Assembly: GCF_006345805.1 (NCBI RefSeq)
Contig: NC_042997.1
Span: 172,112,001 to 172,176,000, forward strand
Direction: 5' to 3'
Source of the DNA: Octopus sinensis
Lineage: Eukaryota
Length of the DNA: 64,000 bases
The notes below the pieces were generated by a model. It was not told where the DNA came from and made no database searches. It worked only from the letters and a program-made list of their open reading frames with translations. Shown here in pieces: positions 57,817 through 64,000 of this stretch. Position 1 is the first letter of the stretch. Every line of letters starts with the position of its first letter. The position numbers and the translations under genes were made by a program.

Positions 57817-58223
57817 ATAGGCATAAGGCTTGAAATTTTGTGGGAAAGGTTTAGTTGACCTCATCGACCTCAGAGTCTTTCATATTGCACTGACCTCCTA
57901 AAATAGGAGCTTACAGAAGACTTATCCTTAACTGGTACATATTTTATCAACCCCCAAAAGGGAAAAAGCAAAGTTAACCTCAACAGTATTTGTACTTAGA
58001 ATATAAAGAACCAGAGGAAAAGTCACTGAGCATTTTACCTGGGGTGCTAATGATTCTGTCAGCTCACTACACCTTTGTGGTGTACAAATTATACACAAGT
58101 TGCTGGAAGGCATTCATCCAGGACTACTGCAAAACACAATGTAGAGACTGATGAGCAGGCAAGAGGAAAGAAAGGAGTTTGGTGCCATGTCATATATTTC
58201 CTCATCAACAAATCTGTCTTTAA

Positions 58224-58244
58224 CCCTTTAGCATTTAAACCAGC

Positions 58245-58320
<76 letters not shown>

Positions 58321-58762
58321 GTTTAACGTCCACTTTCCATGCTAGCGTGGGTTGGACGATTTTGACTGAGGGCTGGCGAACCAGATGGCTACACCAGGCT
58401 CCAATCTTGATCTGGCAGAGTTTCTACAGCTGGATGCCCTTCCTAACGCCAATCAGTGTAGTGGGTGCTTTTTATGTGCCACCGGCACAGAGGCCAGTCA
58501 GGCGATACTGGCAACGACCTCGCTCGAATCTTTTTACACATGCCACTGGCACAGGTGCCAGTATATCTAACCAAAATATTTTGTCTGTTTTATGCTCAAA
58601 CTGGCCAGATCCAGCTTCTCACACCTACCCTACAATGTCAGTCTAAAATTAAACAATCCAATAGTTGAAATCTCTCAAAGCTACAAGATAATGCAGGATT
58701 AATTCAAAATAATGTGAATAAATAAGCATTGCATTTGACAGAGGAATCTGAATGCCAAAGAG
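58224..58762. mobile_element. piggyBac-type MITE interrupted by an RTE tail
   Basis: TTAA|CCCTTTAGCATT ... AATGCCAAAGAG|TTAA. Confidence 0.7.
58246..58560 (-). mobile_element. RTE 3' tail fragment with long (CAT)n
   Basis: Conserved box and tail. Confidence 0.85.
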
Positions 58763-58869
58763 TTAAGGAAGCAAAGCAGTATCACAAAACATGCTGACAG
58801 TATGGCTAAACTAGAAGAAAGCATTTGTCTCTCTTCCTTACTCATGGTCAATAGGATCACAATACCTTG

Positions 58870-59065
58870 CTGAGGTTCCAATTGATAAAGTCCTTGACAT
58901 TAAGAAACTGACAACAATATGGCTCACAGAACTAATGTTAAGAACTGATGCTATCGCTATAGTCACTAACGGAATTAAGTTATCAACAGGAATATTTCAG
59001 GGAGACAGCTTTTCTGTACTGCTCTTTGTCTTTGCAGTGAACCCCTTGTCAGCCCTGTTAAGGAT
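58870..59065 (+). mobile_element. RT fragment of an early-branching (R2/R4/NeSL-like) non-LTR element
   Basis: IKKLTTIWLTELMLRTD...IKLSTGIFQGDSFSVLLFVFAVNPLSALL (GIFQGDSLS.LLF motif). Confidence 0.6.
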
Positions 59066-59396
59066 AAACAAAAGTTTCTTGATAAAAGGTGCTGATGAAT
59101 GGAATGTCTTTAAGCTGTACTCAATATTCCTGACACCAACAAGCAATTAGTTTAAATTTGGAGATATGCTATTGTTTAGAATTTATTCATACATGTAGAA
59201 ATTCGTAATCCTATGTGTATATTTAGGTGTATCATCTTCAGGTCATAGGGGTTCACAAAAGAAGTTTGTTAGGTTGAAAGTATATGGTAATTAGCAGATG
59301 AGTCATTTCGCTTCGTTGTTGTTGGTTTTATTTGGATATTAATGAGATATTTAACCTTTTGTTTTAAGAAATATGGAGGTTAAAGAAAAACAAATT

Positions 59397-59553
59397 TGTG
59401 AGTGGCTGTGTAGCAAGAAGCTTGCTTCTGAACCACATGGTTCCAGGTTCAGTCTTACTGCATGCTACCTTGGGCAAGTGTCTTCTACTATAGCTTCAGG
59501 CTGACCAAAGCCTTGTGAGTGGATTTCATAAACGAAAACTGAAAGAAGCCTGT

Positions 59554-59591
<38 letters not shown>

Positions 59592-59754
59592 TGTATGTAT
59601 GTATGTATGTATGTATGTATATGTATATATGTGTGTGTATGTCTTTTTGTCTGTGTTTGTCCCCCACCATCGCTTTGACAACTGGCGTTGGTGTGCTTAC
59701 ATTCCATAACTTGGTGGTTCAGCAAAAGAGACTAATAGAATAAGTACTAGGCTT
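59397..59754 (+). mobile_element. SINE family B, 3'-truncated into (TA)n
   Basis: Matches family B. Confidence 0.8.
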
Positions 59755-59768
59755 ATATATATATATAT

Positions 59769-59812
<44 letters not shown>

Positions 59813-59813
59813 A

Positions 59814-59845
<32 letters not shown>

Positions 59846-60081
59846 ATAGATACAGAAGGTGTCCATGAATTACCTTTACAATTTGAAAAATTCAGAAAAA
59901 AAATGAAAATTAAGGATAATTCAGCAGATTTTATTGGCAAACATAAAATTTTATTAGAAACATCTGAACACTTTTAAGCAGGTTGCATACAGCACACCTA
60001 GATGATACAATATGATAAATTGTGAAAGTTGTAAAGAAAATTACGAACAACCTGTGTGTGTATATGTATATATATATATAT

Positions 60082-60665
60082 ATCATCATCATCATCATCA
60101 TCGTCGTTTAACGTCCGTTCTCCATGCTAGCATGGGTTGGACGGTTCGACCGGGGTTCTGGGAAGCCAGAAGGCTGCACCAGGCTCCAGTCTAATTTGGC
60201 AATGTTTCTACAGCTGGATGCCCTTCCTAACGCCAACCACTCCGTGAGTGTAGTGGGTGCTTTTACGTGCCACCTGCACAGGTGCCAGGCGGGGCTGGCA
60301 ACGGCCACGGTCAGATTGGTGTATTTTATGTGCCACCGGCACGGAAGCCAGTCGAGGCGGTGCTGGCATCGGCCACGAGTCGGATAGTGCTTTTTACGTA
60401 CCACCAGACCAGGGATCCTGGCTGGTTCAATTCGATTTCGATTTCGATTTCGCTTGCCCCAACATGTGTTCACAAGCAAAGGGGGTTGGCAAGGGTGCCT
60501 GTCGTACGGTTGCATTGGAGTATTTTACGTGCCACGGCCCCGAGTCGGATAGTGCTTTTTACGTACCACCAGGCCAGGGATCCTGGCTGGTTCAATTCGG
60601 TTTCGATTTCGATTTCGATTTCGCTTGCCTCAACATGTCTTCGCAAGCATGGGGGGTTGGGATGG
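60082..60665 (-). mobile_element. RTE 3' UTR fragment with a 165-bp tandem duplication
   Basis: GAGTCGGATAGTGCTTTTTACG...(TTCGAT)n CGCTTGCC recurs at 60377 and 60542. Confidence 0.85.
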
Positions 60666-60914
60666 GTGTCATATATATATATATTGTCCTTGCCTTTGAA
60701 ACATGGAGTAGATGAAACAGGGACAACTGAAGAAGGGGAATATTCTTTATGTTGTATGTCTCATTTCTCTGTATGTTTTTTCCATTCGATAAAAAGTTCG
60801 TTTCTATGTTTTTGTTTTTATGTTTTCGTTTCTCATTGTGTTCAACTTTTTTTTGATGTCCTGTACCCATATATGCATATATATATACATATATATGTAG
60901 GTATGTACATATAT

Positions 60915-61340
60915 CCTCATCATCATCAGCATCATCGTTTAACGTCTGCTTTCCATGCTGGCATGGGTTGGACGATTTGACTGAGGACTGGCGAACCAGA
61001 TGGCTGCACCAGGCTCCAATCTTGATTTGGCAGAGTTTCTACAGCTAGATGCCCTTCCTAACGCCAACCACTCCAAGAGTGTAGTGGGTGCTTTTACGTG
61101 CCACCGACACAAGAGCCAGTCAGGTGGTACTGGCAATGGTCACGGAAAATCGTGTTTTTTTTTACGTGTCACCTGCACACTGGCACAAGTGCAAGTAAGG
61201 TAACGCTGGTAATGATCATGCTCGAAAGGTGCTTTTTACATGCCACCGAAATGAACGCCAGTTAGCCACTCTGGCAACGATCACACTCGGATGGTGCTCT
61301 TAGTGCTCCCCTAGCACAGATGCCAGTCATCGAATTTGAT
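60915..61340 (-). mobile_element. RTE 3' tail fragment
   Basis: (CAT)n tail, conserved box and GTGCC repeat units. Confidence 0.85.
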
Positions 61341-61376
61341 GTATGTATATATGCATATAGCTATATATTATTTATA

Positions 61377-61438
<62 letters not shown>

Positions 61439-61879
61439 GTGAGTGAGGGAGAGAGTGAAACAGACAAACAGACACATAGAGTAAGAGAATAATACACCAT
61501 TTTTTTTTTATACAGACACTCTACAACCAAAACTTACAACAAACCTCTTTTAAATTACATTATCTCTATCTAAGTAAATATACTTATTCAGTTAAATTAT
61601 AACCAATTTCATATCTATTATATTTATGAAAGATTGTATATATAAGTACCTCTACGATTAAACTAACTAACCAGTTGAATTATAGGTCAGAAACCTTCAT
61701 GAAAATAACCACACTGAAATATTTCATTATTCAACTAAATGAATACTGTTCTGTCTAACAGTATTTAATGGAAATTTATACTTGTATGGAGGAAATATAA
61801 TTATATGTTGGTTTAGTTGTTATTTGTGAGTCTTTTTAAATACAATGGCTTCCTGTAATATTTTCCTATTATGTGGACG

Positions 61880-62360
61880 TATGTGTATGCTTGTATAAGT
61901 GTGTGTGTGTGCATGTGTTTGTCTGTGTATGTGTCTATATCTGTTTCTATTATTAGTAGATATGTGAGTAGATATACATATACATACATACATATATACA
62001 TATATATATAAACATATATATATATATATTTACGTATAATATATATATATATATACACACACACATATATATATATATAGATAGATATTTACATATATAC
62101 ATATGCATGTGTGTGTGTGCATGTGTATGTGTGTGTATGCGTTTATATCTATTTCTATTATTAGTAGATGTGCGTGTAGATATACGCGTACATATATATA
62201 TATGCACACACACATATATATACATATCTACATATATATGTGTGTGTAGGTATGTATGTATGTATGTATGTATGTGTGTGTGTATATATATACATATATA
62301 TACATATACATCATATACATATATATATATATACATATACACATACATATTTATATATGC

Positions 62361-62454
<94 letters not shown>

Positions 62455-62495
62455 CACATATATATGTATGTATCTATGTATCTATGTATGTATAG
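61880..62495. repeat. Large compound (TA)n/(TG)n/(TATG)n block
   Basis: Visible directly in the sequence. Confidence 0.9.
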
Positions 62496-64000
62496 AAGGT
62501 CTTTCAGATAAATTGAGAAAATTTTGCAATACATAAAACTGGTTATAAATACTAAAATAATGGTAGTAGACAGATATAATTTTAATGTAACATTTAACAC
62601 AGCAAAAACATTTATCACTCAATATGGCCATCCTTTTAAGGCAGCGAGCTTGTAGAAACGTTAGCATGCCGGGCAAAATGCTTAATGGCATTTCATCTGT
62701 CTTTACATTCTGGGTTCAAATTCTGTCAAGGTCAACTTTGTCTTTCATCCTTTCGGATCGATAAATTGAGTACCAGTTGCATACTAGAATCGATCTAATC
62801 AACTAGCCCTCTCTCCAAAAATGTCAGGTCTTGTGCCTAGAGTAGAAAAGAATATGGCCACCCTTTTGGGCAATTACTACCACCATATGAGAACAAAATT
62901 TTCTTGCAGCTACCGCAGCCTCTGTCATTTTCATTTACACATAATGGAGGTCTTCAAACTGTTAACACTCGAGTGTAGTGAAGCATTGGTCTTTGCTTGA
63001 AGTATGCCCAATAAAAAGTAATCAAGAAGGTTGAGATTGGGACTATTATTAGGCCAGGTGTTGGCCCTCATAAAAAATGGCACCTTCTCACCAAGGAAGG
63101 CCTGTGTTGCTTTTGACTCATGGCATGCTACAGAATCCTGGGTAAGGACCACATTGTTAAGCCAACTTTTGTTCCATCCAAGCTAACAGAAAGTTATTTA
63201 GGATGTCCAGATACTCCTTTGTGCCAATCTTCTCGCCAGATTCAATGAAGTGTGAATCCATGACACTTCCATCACTCACCACAGCTTCAAATACCATCAC
63301 AGGGGCAGGATTCTTAGTCTCAAACACGGGGAGAACGTCAGAAGAGTTGTATACAGTCTCTTGAGAATTGCTGGGATTCAGCTCAGCATTCACAGCAAAC
63401 TTCTTCTCATCCATGAACACAAGAGTTTTTCCTGCACCTAGATGCTTGATGAATGACAGAAGCTTTGGACACCTCTTGGCTCTGATAGCTTTGGCCTTGG
63501 CTGTTAAGAGGTGATGGCATTGTCGAACATAGTTAGTCATGCCAAGATTCCTGTTCACAGCTCTGGATACCATGGAAAGGGACACTTTGCATTTCTTTGC
63601 AAGAGTTGTCATGGATGTGGATGGGTTAGCTTCAATCAAGTGTTTGAGGCCAGCAAGAAACTTTGAATTTTGCTTGGAATCACTTCAAGCCATGTATTTT
63701 TTTCTATCAATCTTTGGGCATCTCTTGGCTCTGATAGCTTTGGCTAAATAATTTCTTTAAATTATTTACTGTTGCTTTTGGCAGTTCCATCAACTTAGCA
63801 ATTTTATTGGCAGTGTGTCCGGCATGTACCAAAACAACAATTCTGCTGTTCCATGACTTTCCGTTGTTAAATCAGTTTTCTAGTTACCTGAAAAATAAAG
63901 AGGGGCATTAGATTTTCAAGCAAGCAAGGTTTTCTCAAAAACTGAAATGTTAAACCCTCAAAGACAACTGCTTAAACTTAGTCTCAATTAATCTGCAAGA
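62496..64000 (-). mobile_element. maT (DD37D) transposon relic with a nested SINE; the 5' end is near or beyond the window edge
   Basis: MIEANPSTSMTTLAKK (HTH), VFMDEKKF, PVMVFEAVVSDG and TQDSVACH-(37 aa)-DYF. Confidence 0.85.
62638..62850 (+). mobile_element. SINE family A variant
   Basis: 17-bp TSD AATATGGCCA(T/C)CCTTTT at 62621-62637 and 62851-62867. Confidence 0.88.

Overview
This is repeat-dense, AT-rich eukaryotic DNA, most likely from an octopus (coleoid cephalopod). The attribution rests on the tRNA-derived SINE families, RTE LINE tails ending in (GAT)n, and dense microsatellites. I cannot support any intact host protein-coding gene. The only cellular gene remnant is a 14-3-3 epsilon-like processed pseudogene. 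The window holds a young full-length Gypsy LTR retrotransposon (276-bp LTRs with 2 mismatches, AGAAG TSD), a near full-length CR1-type LINE, and a 5'-truncated RTE LINE with a five-fold concatemerised 3' UTR. It also holds many RTE 3' fragments, several Tc1/mariner/maT relics, two piggyBac-type MITEs, a Helitron, degenerate Penelope-like and R4-like RT fragments, and more than 30 SINE copies. Three observations stand out. (1) The Gypsy primer-binding site is exactly complementary to the first 12 nt (the 5' end) of tRNA-Phe rather than to a tRNA 3' end, which suggests priming by a 5' tRNA fragment. (2) A tRNA-headed element carries a minimal hammerhead ribozyme and a Penelope-style inverted tail, making it a candidate Penelope-mobilised SINE. 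(3) A candidate HDV-like ribozyme heads a short RTE-derived element inserted in a (TACA)n array. All alignments and folds were done by eye, and family names are from recall and need database confirmation.
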